A stretch of DNA of 64,000 nucleotides from Octopus sinensis (taxonomy: Eukaryota). The DNA lies in the NCBI RefSeq assembly GCF_006345805.1, contig NC_043009.1:45136001-45200000 (forward strand). Direction: 5' to 3'. Each line of letters begins with the position of its first letter. Position 1 is the stretch's first letter. Made by a program: the position numbers and the translations under genes. This document shows, in pieces, positions 52,610-64,000 of this stretch. The notes beneath the pieces are model-generated. The model saw only the letters and a list, made by a program, of their open reading frames with translations. It did no database searches and was not told the DNA's origin.

Positions 52610-52957
52610 TTAAGAAACAATGTGAAGAAGAAAGAATAAACAATTGGGAAATGAAATCACTGCATGGACAATACCTCAGAGAAATCGAAGAAAAAGACAT
52701 GACTAGCGCTTGGAGATGGCTAAAAAATGTGATTTTAAAGAATGCACTGAGGCATTAATGTACAGCGCTCAGGAACAAACTCTGAGAACTAATTATATCA
52801 AGTTCCAAATAGATGAGAGGAGTGAATCACCCCTTTGTAGCATGTGTGGTAGCAAAAAGAAACAATCTCACAGATTGTGAGCGAATGTAGCAAGGTCGCT
52901 CAAAAGCACTACAAAAGGAGGCACGATAACGTGGCCAAGTTCGTCCACTGGATTTTG
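52610..52957 (+). mobile_element. RLE retrotransposon zinc-knuckle fragment
   Basis: WEMKSLHGQY, EALMYSAQEQTLRTN, LCSMCGSKKETISQIVSEC and YKRRHDNVAKFVHW. Confidence 0.92.
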
Positions 52958-53510
52958 AGATTGGTACTTGGGTGTTGAATGTCTCTCACGAAAAATTAAC
53001 AACCGAGTATGAAAGCTTATAATGTGCGGAAAGACATCCAGTGAGACCTCTCTGACAGCAGGTTGCTCTCCGTTCTCACAGAAGCTACTAGAACAAACAA
53101 GACCGAACGTTCTAAGAAGTAAAACAATGATAATAGATGATAACAATTGCTCTGATGAGTTCAAAGTTTTTATGGATGGTAGTTCTTTTCAGAAAAAAGT
53201 AAAGAACAAAAACTATCGAAAGATTTGTCCAGCCTCCAGTGGACACACCGGAGTCTATGAACTATTTTCTACGAAAGGGTATCTACTCGAGCAGTGAATA
53301 CCACATAAATCTATGTTGATAGCTCTTAATCGTACAACAGACACAATAAAAGAAAAAAAAAAGATCACAATGCTGCGCATGGAAACACGTTAAATCTAAA
53401 GAGATTAAGTTATGTTTCAAATATAAATAATATAGACATCAACAGAATATGAAAATAAATATAAACAAATATGATGTATAAAGAAAGAATATTTCCCTCC
53501 ACTACACCCC

Positions 53511-53905
53511 CCTTTTACTTGTTTCAGTCATTTGACTGCGGCCATGCTGGAGCACCGCCTTTAGTCGAGCAAATCGACCCCGGGACTTATTCTTTGTAAG
53601 CCTAGTACTTATTCTGTCGGTCTGTTTTGCCGAACCGCTAAGTTATGGGGACGTAAACACACCAGCATCGGTTGTCAGGCAATGCTAGGGGGACAAACAC
53701 AGACACACAAACACATACACACACATACATATACATATATACGACAGGCTTCTTTCAGTTTCCGTCTACCAAATCCACTCACAAGGCATTGGTCGGCCCG
53801 GGGCTATAGCAGAAGACACTTGCCCAAGATGCCACGCAGTGGGACTGAACCCGGAACCATGTGGTTGGTAAGCAAGCTACTTACCACATAGCCACTCCTG
53901 CGCCT
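53511..53905 (-). mobile_element. Full-length young SINE family B flanked by a 52-bp direct repeat
   Basis: Head ggcgcaggagtggctatgtggtaag...gggttcagtccc, short internal TA/TG tract, tail ...gcagtcaaatgactgaaacaagtaaaag. Flanks 53459-53510 and 53906-53957 differ by 1 base. Confidence 0.96.
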
Positions 53906-55382
53906 ATATAAACAAATATGATGTATAAAGAAAGCATATTTCCCTCCACTACACCCCTGCTATAGTTTCGTACACAACCAATTAGCTACACTATGTATTG
54001 TAAATTATATTACTTCTGTAAGTCATTGCATCCTTTAATTGTTGCAAAAAGCGAAAGAAATTACGCAAAATTGTTAGACAATATTTTTTATGGATAATTC
54101 CTTAAGTCATTTGAAGACATATTACAAGGTATAGTATATGTGATGCACATGAACATTCTGTTTCAATGAACAGCAGTCTGTTTTCTATGAAGAATACAAA
54201 ACGAATAAACACAGATACACGCTAACACACGTACACAGAAATAGAGACACGCGAACACTCACACCCAGACACGTACGCATGCATGCACACGTACAACACA
54301 TGAATTAAATATAAATAGAATCATACTATTCCCATACATATTCCGACACGAATTTATAGCAGTATACAAACGTAAGTCTACTGGATTAATACACAACATT
54401 GAAGATATCTGCATTTTCTTTTTATCTTCAATAGCATCTCCACTATTGCGACTGATACTGAAAATGGCGCAGAAAGAATACTAATTTTAATACAGAAGAG
54501 TTATTGCTGTTTTTGTTTCATTGAAAGAGCAAGTGTGTCTGCTTATTTTTAAAGACAATAGCATGGAGAGGTAATTGTAAGTGCTCCTTGTAAGAGACTT
54601 AAGTGTACTGAAATCAATAAATATTCATTGATAAAATAATAGAAACAGCAATTTGAAGCGACCAACTAATGTCTACTCTATATTTAAGCATTAAATGATA
54701 AAGGACACAGTTTCGTTGAGTTGTATTTAATTCTCTTTGAATAACTGTGAAGTAGATGTTTGTAGGAGAGTAAAACAGTCGAGCGAGTCATATACAATGT
54801 ATTACTGGTACTGGTTGACAACACAGAGAAAGAAAAGACAATTAGCCAAGGAGAGAAACCTCTACAGGGTCAATGAACCTGAATAAAGTGACATCTCATT
54901 GATTTTCTAAAATAAGGACACATTACATTTTGTAGTTCCTGACAAAATTATGAGATACACAGAGCTAAAGTTTGAACTTATGTCTACTGAAGTATGGTGA
55001 ATCTGGGGGCTGATGACAACTGCAATAACAACAACAAGAAATATTGATTCCTTTGATTAAGTAGATACTACTAATTACGGGTGCAAGTGGGCTTCCACCC
55101 TTACAATCGTTACGCACCCACAAACACTAGTTTCAAAGATAACAGATGCTCCCTGTATTATTGTGTATATAACACAATCTCACCGAGACGTTTCAAGTGT
55201 TCGTAACTCTATGGACCATTAATAAATGATTTGGAAAACTTGTACAAGGAGACTAAACAAAATATTAGACATGAAGATATTGGAATTTCGGAATCCGAAC
55301 CTTCAGGCATAAACTGATATTCACTTGAAGTAGATCAATTCTACATTTGAATATGTGGATCTAAATATCTAGGTATTTATTG

Positions 55383-55386
<4 letters not shown>

Positions 55387-55459
<73 letters not shown>

Positions 55460-55468
55460 ACACACACA
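55387..55468. repeat. (CA)n microsatellite
   Basis: Directly visible. Confidence 0.97.
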
Positions 55469-55891
55469 ACGGCCTTTATTCTTATATATGTGTGCTTGTA
55501 TAAATGTGTACGCACGTACCACTGCATGTTCACAGACTTGTACAGTGAGCTTAGGAAGAATTAAACATAACTTGTATCCGTATATATGTCGGTAAGATTT
55601 GCAGATAGTATCGAGCTAGCTGACCAAATCTATCTCCCGGTTTAACACTACCACCGGCAATTTGCATGCCTTTAGAAGAATCTATCTTGTTGCAAGCATC
55701 GGCCTACTTTTCCGGTTTCCAACTGCTAACAGTCTCGGAGGCTCAATAACAGGTCAAAAACATTGCTTTTACTTGTGCTTAAAATTTCAAATGCATCATT
55801 ATACTATGAGCGGTGGTCTTTTAAGAAAGTTTACATATTTTTTCCAGGAAATTTTCCTGAGATATTTTTGTAGTTTAACACTCAGAATTGG

Positions 55892-56025
55892 TACATACAT
55901 GCATACATACACACATACATACATACATACACACATACATACATACATACATACATACATACATACATACATACATACATACATACATACATACATACGT
56001 TGTACGTACATACATACATACATAC
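55892..56025. repeat. (ACAT)n microsatellite
   Basis: Directly visible. Confidence 0.96.
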
Positions 56026-56839
56026 TTTCCAGGAGATTATCATATAGATGTACATGAGCATATCCATATATGCAACTATATACATGACAATACATACATG
56101 AAACAAAAAGTACAAATCTGCACCTATACATATATACATACAAAAAAAAGGTACCTTGTTGTTGTTGAAATTCCAACGAAAGAGCCTTGGATCTAGGTTA
56201 GAAGCCGGCTCTTTCTCTATTGGCAAGTAATCTTGAAACAAAACTGAACAATGACATACATACATAGATCCATAGATACAACCAGATTTTTATATACATT
56301 TTATTGAACCATAACCAATTCATGTCTCTTGCTTTCTTGAAACCTAGAAAGAATGAAAGTCAATATCGGTAAGGTTTGAAATTAGGACGGTTACGACACA
56401 ACCATTCCTTACATTAACCCAAGGTCATAAATTTGTGGATGTAGGAATTTTCTTTCGATTGGAGTTCATAAGTTTCCAACGACACCTAATTCCATGTTTA
56501 CTTTGTGTCAACAAATGTAATTGTCTGATTCTAATTTCATCGACAGTAAGGCTATGAAAGTGCGTTGACCCATTGAAGATGTTATGTAAAAATCTTGAAG
56601 AGATAGCACTAATTACCGAAATACATTTAGTTTGGTACACTACAGTTTTAGTAGCATCATTGCCAAAGGGGGGGGGGTAGCACCATTGCATCACAGAACT
56701 CAGAAGGATGAAATCCAAAAAGTCATTGAGCTCATTTGAACTCAGAAGTAAGGTGATGTAGTTAAATACGCAGTCTATTTTGTCTGGTGCTGCACCATTT
56801 CTGGCATACATTTCCATACATTTTTATAATAACAATAAT

Positions 56840-57001
56840 TATTTCAAATTTTTGCCACACGGGCAGCTTGGGGAGGTGGGACGACTCGATTACATTGATC
56901 CCAGTGTTCAACTGGTACTTATTTTATCGACCTTGAAAGGATGAAAGGCAAAGTCGACCTCGGTGGAATTAGAACCCGGAACGTAGCGGCAAGCGAAATA
57001 A
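56840..57001 (-). mobile_element. SINE family A partial copy
   Basis: actggtacttattttatcgaccttgaaaggatgaaaggcaaagtcgacctcggtggaatt. Confidence 0.85.
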
Positions 57002-58161
57002 CTGACATAATATGGTGCTCTATATTTCTTAAATACTGCACTTGTATAATGTGTTGTATTAAAGTTCTTCAGCACATGTGAACGTAGTAAAAAGAGGAAA
57101 ATATTCCAACATATTTCCCTTTTGATTAAAGTGTACAGATATTTTATGGAGAAGGTTAGAAGGAGTGTTGTTTAACTTCAACACAGACTTGATGTGAATA
57201 CTGTTTATATTGAACTTATTTTCATCGCTAGGAGACATTCGTGGTTGAAGATTAATAAGTAATTATGCGAACAGAGTTGGTTGCATGACCTAGCGTGACA
57301 GTTATCATTAAGATAGTTAACAATTCATAAAACCATGTTCAATTTTATAACATCAAATATACATCATGAATTCAATTTGATCTTTCAATAAACTTTCAGG
57401 AAAAAAATTTAGCAGGCAAATATATTTTTGTATAAAGAACTAGAAATTAGAAATAAATATATTTTATGTTCTGAATTGCCTAGCTTTTGTTTTATTGGCA
57501 ACTTTTCAATTTTGATTTTCTAGAATATTTACTAAATATATTAATGTCTGAGATATTTTATTGATAAAACAATTAACCTGACCTTTAGAAATGAAACGTA
57601 TTTTAATATTTACATCTAGTATAGTTGTGTAGGTGTTTAGATCTATCAGAAGAAGCAAATATTTAAAAGTACTTTGTCTTTAAACGTGCGATTAATAGTC
57701 CACAACAATTTGTTTTCCTTACATCAATACCATAGAAGGAATGTGTTTACATTCTCATAGAGTTCCTGATCACAGCCAATGGTTTTGTTATATTTAAATC
57801 TATTACAGTACATCTGTTATGCACAAAATATATATTGTAATATAATGACGAGCCATCAAAGTATAAATATGTAAATTAAGCTCTCCACCACTGTACTAGC
57901 GTAGTTACCTGCTGCTTATATATAGGAGTTGAATACTCTCTGAAATTGATCTGGGAAGGAGATTGGTTATGTCTTCTCTGAGAAATGATCAACAAATTAT
58001 GAAACGGTTCTTCAGAAAACTCTTCGATTATTTTTCCCACCATTTGCACAGAACGAATGCACTTACATTATTGTACAGCCTTTAACAGAGTTAATGCGTT
58101 TGTTATTCATACATGCATATGTATAAATATATGCATACATTACACGCAAGTACACACACAC

Positions 58162-58214
<53 letters not shown>

Positions 58215-58647
58215 ACTTATGTAGCAGACATACGAACATGGCAATCTCCGTAGATTGAAAAAAGAATGAACAACCTTAATCGTTTTCTATTCAGTGGTCT
58301 CGATATCATTTGACTAATCTCTAAGAAATAAGCAACCGTTGGTTTATATCAGATGAATGAGAAAGAATGAAGATACACACTCTTGTATTCGCCATTTTAT
58401 TAAACAGAAACTGGGAGCCTGTCTCGCGACACCACTGTGACCTTCAAATGAGAGTTGTTACTACTCCGTATCGGAAGTGTATTTATATTCTTCGCTGTGT
58501 GTTTGTGCAATTAGAGCTATGAAACAAACGAGTGATGAAGAGGCTTGAAGGCACCATCTATTCAATAAACACGAAACTAATGAGCGAACACCAGCTTTTG
58601 ACCATACACCCCTACTTCACAAATACTCTGATCACAAATAAATCTTG

Positions 58648-58687
<40 letters not shown>

Positions 58688-58745
58688 TATACATACATAC
58701 ATATATATACACATACATGCATACATACATACATACATATATATA

Positions 58746-59182
58746 TAAGGTTGGACAGGACCACCCGCGTCAACCTCATTAACAGTGCAGTTCTGCCTGC
58801 AATGTTATATGGTAGTGAAATATGGGCTACCACAAAGAGAGAAGAGCAAAGACTGGTAACGGCTCAAAGAACCATGGAAAGGTCAATGCTTGGTATCTCG
58901 TTGAGAGAGCACATAAGTAGCGAGATCATCAGAAAGAAGTCCGGCGTGAGAGATGTCATCGCAGAGTATACACGCAGCAAGTATAGATGGGCTGGACACG
59001 TCGCCCGGCTCACCGATAATCGGTGGACACACGCAGTTGTCGAGTGGTACCCGCGCGAGCGGAAAAGACCACCCGGAAGACCTCCACGACGGTGGAGTTA
59101 CGATTTCAGGAGGACGATTGGGATCACGTGGATGAGAAAGGCGCGATCCAGAGAGGATTGGACAGCGTGCTGTGACCAGCGG
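58746..59182 (+). mobile_element. 5'-truncated RTE-clade LINE 3' end with an intact frame
   Basis: VLPAMLYGSEIW...QRTMERSMLGISL...KYRWAGHVAR..DNRWT...KRPPGRPPRRW...ARSREDW. Confidence 0.93.
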
Positions 59183-59187
59183 TATCA

Positions 59188-59350
59188 AATCGCTTGACAA
59201 CCGGTGTCGGTTTGCTTACGTACCCGTAACTTTTCGGCACTACAAAAGGCACCGATAGTGTAAGTATAAGGCTGACAAAAAGGTCCTATAATCGATTCTT
59301 CAAAGCGGTGCCCTTGCATGGCGGCAGTCTAATAACTGAAATAAGTAACT
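59188..59350 (+). mobile_element. SINE family B 3' half fused to the RTE end
   Basis: atcgcttgacaaccggtgtcggtttgcttacgtacccgtaactt...gcggtgccc..gcatggcggcagtc.aataactgaaataagtaa matches the reverse complement of 53515-53680. Confidence 0.8.
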
Positions 59351-59387
59351 GAAATAACTGAAATAAAAGCTAAATGCTAAAACTTAC

Positions 59388-59483
<96 letters not shown>
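59388..59483. repeat. (ATCT)n microsatellite
   Basis: Directly visible. Confidence 0.97.
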
Positions 59484-59599
59484 TTAAAGTCTGTCTTAGT
59501 GTTCAAATTTTCCGCTACTTCAATCTTCAGGCGAGAAAATATAAATGTCTTTTGCAGTTATGGAAAACTCAGTGGATACAAACATTTGTTTGCTTAAGA

Positions 59600-60662
59600 T
59601 ATTCTTTTGCTAGGTCTGACAGAAAGCAACTGAAGAAAGGTAATAAACTGAAGCTGTTCTATCAGGAGAACCCGGTAGTTGTGGAAGAAGTCCCGACTGA
59701 ACTTTTGAATAATATTTTTGCGCAAATTATCGATCTAGAGTTAAGCATTGTTGTGTTGAAGAAGCCCGATGGTCGGGTCGTTTCAGTCGGTTGTCTTTGT
59801 TTGAGTGCATTTGTTGAACTCAATACTCTGTATTAACTGTGTTGTTGTTTTCAAGTATTTCGTTGTGGATTAGCCCTCCCCAATGTCACCAAACGCATAT
59901 CATTGTTTTGCATGGATGATCCTCTGGCTTGGTCTGAGGTGTTGCTTGCCAATCTGGACTCAGTCATTGTTTCTTCTGTTTCATATTGACGTAAAGGTAA
60001 CACTTTTCATCGCCGGTGGCGATGCGGAAAGAAATCACTGCTTGATGTCGAACGAGTAAATTGGCGGCAATATAAGAGCGCTGATATTCTCTCTTTCGTC
60101 CAGAGCGTGTGGCACACATACGCCAACCTTTTGCGACTTAACCACTGAGTGAAGGTGAGGGATGAGAGTATCATCAGAACATCTTTTCTGCCGGGCTAAT
60201 TCCCTAGAAAACTAGCGCGTATCTTCGTAGACAAGCTCGTCTAATCGATTCTCATTGAAATGATCAGGTCGGCCAGAACGTGGTGAGGGTGTGACGTCGA
60301 ATTTCTCCTCTTTGAAGCGCAAAAAACATTTCTGTGCCGTTATTTCAATAACAGCGCCTTCTTTGTACACATCATAAATGTCTTGAGCGGCTTTGGAAGG
60401 AACATTAACTGAAAGCGAAAAGAAGTTAGTATTGAACATGTTTTTTTTGTAATTGGCATGCCATGGCCATATGTCTGAAAAGAGATAACATCTATTGAAA
60501 TTTTTAAAACGACAAACAAAAGGTGGAAAGAATAATAGAGCTATAACCTGCTAAACCCGTCGAAAGAATTAAACAGCGAGAACAAAGCACTACGATAGAA
60601 AATGTTTCGTTAATTGAAATCACATTGGAAAGAAACGAATGAATTTATCTGACAGCCCGATA
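59600..60662 (-). mobile_element. Mariner transposon relic, decayed
   Basis: HTH segment AAQDIYDVYKEGAV...AQKCFLRFKEEKFDVTPSPRSGRP. TIR-like 5' end tatcgggctgtcagataaattcattcgtttc. The left boundary is uncertain. Confidence 0.82.
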
Positions 60663-62677
60663 TATGAAATACTCTTAGGCATGTGATTGAGAATATAGCT
60701 ATATCTGCTATTTGCAAGCAAATTAAGCCCCAATGACCTTTAAACTTAAACTTTAAAAAGCGGACCCAGCGTGGTCTTCAATTTTTTCTCTTATAATTGT
60801 CGTCTCCAAAATCTAAACACCCTTTTTGTCATAGGTAGAAAATCCAATTCAGTTCTTCACATATACTATTTAACCATTAGCAAGAGAAATTGAACTGGAA
60901 ACGTGCAGATAAATGGTTGTACTCGCAAGACATATCACACGACATATCACCCTACCAATTATGTCATCCATTGCCGTCTTCGAAAACCATACACTTTGGG
61001 GAAAAGTGTAGTTGATCTAAGTAATTCCAATACTTAATTTGTACTTATTTTATCAACACCTGAATGATGAAAGTTTTTCTGTGGGGTTTGAACTCAGAAT
61101 ATATAAAAAAGGTAATTCAATAGCCCAAAGAATTTTTATTCAGAACCAAATTACAAAGATTATTCCTTGTATGAAGTTTGGTTATTTAATGAAAAAATCT
61201 TTAACGTTGATTTGATATTAGAAACTGCAACGGAATATATTAAAAAGAGGCTATTCAATACTTTATACTAGATAGGTTAGCCGTCTTAAATAAAGATAAT
61301 GCTGGTTACACAAATTCGTATAAATGGGAACAAAATGCTCTGTATTGAAGTTTATAGATGGTCACATTCCATTTATAGATACCAGCTAGCAAAGTATAGA
61401 ACATTCATTTACAAATGAGATTTTCGTGAAGAGTAACCTTTGAGTTCTTTTTCTTTGTATTTAATCACCAATATCAAGTCTTAGATACAGTCACTATTGG
61501 ATAAAATGAATAAAAGGAACTTGTGTTTCTTTAAGAAACTTTTCATCACAGCCAATCAAATACCAATCGCCTTGAAATGTTGCCAATGATGTGTTTAGTG
61601 CCAGAGAGCAAATGGTGAGCTTTCAACAAGCAATAATAGAAACTGGGTTTCAATTCCCCGTTCTGGTTGTCTGCACTCTCATATGTAAAATGATAATGAA
61701 GAACAATAGACTTATTCTACAAATTACTGTCTCAATCTCTGATTGTGGCGTTAATTATGACAAAGGCTATTATCTCTTAACTTTGAAAGCCAAATATTAT
61801 CACCTAACTACTATTACATAAGTACAATACAATGTTAATAAAACAACGATTTTTTCTACTTGTAATTAGTTCCCCTAATGAACTATTTTAATATTTATTG
61901 CTTAATTGAAGAATTGAGGGCTGCGCGCATAACCTGTTTCAGGAGCTGCATGAGTGGTGGGTGGAGCATGATGCGATCTCCAGTCCGAATATTTTAAACA
62001 AACTGAATTACGTCTAAGGCACCTTCTAGGTTCCTTAGATAGATTAAATCAGGCGATAGATTAAATCTGCTTTTTAAAAGTGTTTGATTATACGTAATAA
62101 AAGTCATCGATGGTGTATGGTTAGAAATGGTTAGCAGTTCGTATTATGTTGCCGTCACATAAGTTGTGCCTTACAAAGAGAGTCAAAGAACTTTAAAATC
62201 AGTACCATAGTTAGATACAGATAAATACTGTATTCAGTCAAAGTACATTATAATTGATGAGTGTGCTGTGGACTTGTTTAGATTAAATCTTTTCATTGTG
62301 TACGTGAGATTCGGAGGTGCGTGGGTGTCAAAGTTGCCTTATTCCATATGAACTACAGTACGATAATGAGTGTTCTAAGAATACATCTCACGTTGCTAAG
62401 GCCTTCGCACAACAATGCTGCTCAGCCATTCACTGTATTTCAAGGTCTGCCTTCCTTCTGTTTCTTCTTCTAACGAAAATATAAGAAGATTAGTTTATTA
62501 CAAAAAATTCACTCTGTCTAACACATTTGCAGCATAAAAGCGTCTAGCTCTTATTTCTAGCAATGTAGGTGTTCATGACACCCTGAGTTGTACTTAATGA
62601 TGGTTATAGTTCTTGTTGGTACACATTTGCTTACTCCTGCTTAAATAAATTTTACACACACTCACACACACACACAC

Positions 62678-62724
<47 letters not shown>

Positions 62725-63659
62725 TGTGCTGGCGTATCTCAGGCAACATGGTTATGGTCTTGCATAGAAAGACAACAGAGTAACGTCGTTAGTAGGAGAG
62801 GTTCGGAAGGTAAAAGAAAAAGGGAAAATATTGTATTTGAATGAATCAGGGGAAGTTAAGAGACGTTAAGAGAAGTTAAAAGTACTTATGAACATTGCAA
62901 GAGTAGGTGAAAAAGTAAATATTGAAAAAGGAAAAAATGAGAAAATGTGAAAGGGTGAGTTTTTAATAGACTTCATCAAACATCAAAGAACCCTCGTCAC
63001 GTGACGGGTAACTAGAAGTATACTATTCCAATATGGCTAATATGAGGAAATTTGGAAAACAATAATTATAATCTTTTATCGATTTTTGGTGCTTCTACAA
63101 AGTGATGAAATGAATATTAATTTGCAAAAGAAAATATTACCTTGAAATAAAATAAAATTAATTAAAACAAATTTATTTGTATAACTCCTTACTGTCATTT
63201 ATTCTCTTTCTTCCTTCTCCCACCAAGCCCTGTATGCTCACTCATCCCACACCTCTTATATTAACTCTTTTTCTTGTTCTTTCTTTTCCTCTCTCTCTCT
63301 CTCCCCCACTCTCTCTATACTGTATAAAGCGTGGCTGGAAAAATAACCAGCCAGCCAACATTCATTTATTACTTCTCTCTCACGTCCTCTTATCTCTTTT
63401 ACAGGGTTCCTGGCGCTACAAAATTACATTGCGATATGGCTTAAGGAAAAAATACTTCAGGTTTGCACGTCTATGATGCAAAGTGTTCTAGCCAATACCA
63501 GTCGCCTTCATTTCCTGGTACAGCATGTACGGAGAAGTTTATTATCCACCGTGCGTTTCCCTTCTTTATACAGAGTTGATTCATATAGCAGCAGAAGAAA
63601 AAGAAGAAAGAGAAATAAGTAGACATAGGAGGGAAAAACAGTAAAAGGGTAGGGTGGTG

Positions 63660-64000
63660 TAGGAGGAGGAGAAGAAGAAGAAGAAAACGAAAATGAAAGA
63701 GGAGGAGGAGGAGAAGAAGAAGAAGAAGAAGAAGAAGAAGAAGAAGAAGAAGAAAACGAAAATGAAAGAGGAGGAGGAGGAGAAGAAGAAGAAGAAGAAG
63801 GAGGAGGAGGAGGAGAAGAAGAAGGAGGAGGAGGAGAGAAGAAGAAGAAGAAGAAGAAGAAGAAGAAGAGAAGAAAACGAAAATGAAAGAGGAGGAGGAG
63901 GAGAAGAAGAAGAAGAAGAAGGAGGAGGAGGAGGAGAAGAAGAAGGAGGAGGAGGAGAAGAAGAAGAAGAAGGAGGAGGAGAAGAAGAAGAAGAAGAAGA
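63660..64000. repeat. (GAA)n/(GAG)n purine tract with a higher-order repeat
   Basis: gaaaacgaaaatgaaagaggaggaggaggag occurs three times (about 63684, 63753 and 63873). Confidence 0.95.

Noticed and set aside
58532-59197. Longest ORF (221 aa) as a gene
   Set aside because: Chance fusion of flanking DNA, a (TA)n/(CATA)n tract and an RTE 3' fragment.

Overview
This is a 64 kb AT-rich, repeat-dense animal (eukaryotic) intergenic or intronic region, with no prokaryotic features and no host protein-coding gene I can support. The SINE families and very high microsatellite load resemble an Octopus (coleoid cephalopod) genome; this is an inference from recalled repeat sequences, not a database result. 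Content: (1) a cluster of R4/Dong-type restriction-like-endonuclease (RLE) non-LTR retrotransposon relics next to (TAA)n arrays, including one near-complete decayed copy (6.36-10.17 kb) with two nested insertions carrying clean TSDs; (2) dozens of copies of three tRNA-derived SINE families (here A, B, C); (3) three mariner relics, one DD41D relic and two hAT (SPIN/Charlie-like) relics; (4) Penelope-like, RTE, CR1/Jockey-group and probable L1/Tx1 fragments; (5) MITE-like palindromic elements; (6) several local tandem duplications bounded by microsatellites. Almost all supplied ORFs are microsatellite or TE artefacts. I found no convincing novel protein system. The best leads concern TE/microsatellite ecology (a 52-bp TSD, SINE tail swapping, SINE-seeded targets for RLE elements), a decayed hammerhead-like motif, hairpins, and a possible spliced minus-strand transcript near 23.1-23.7 kb.
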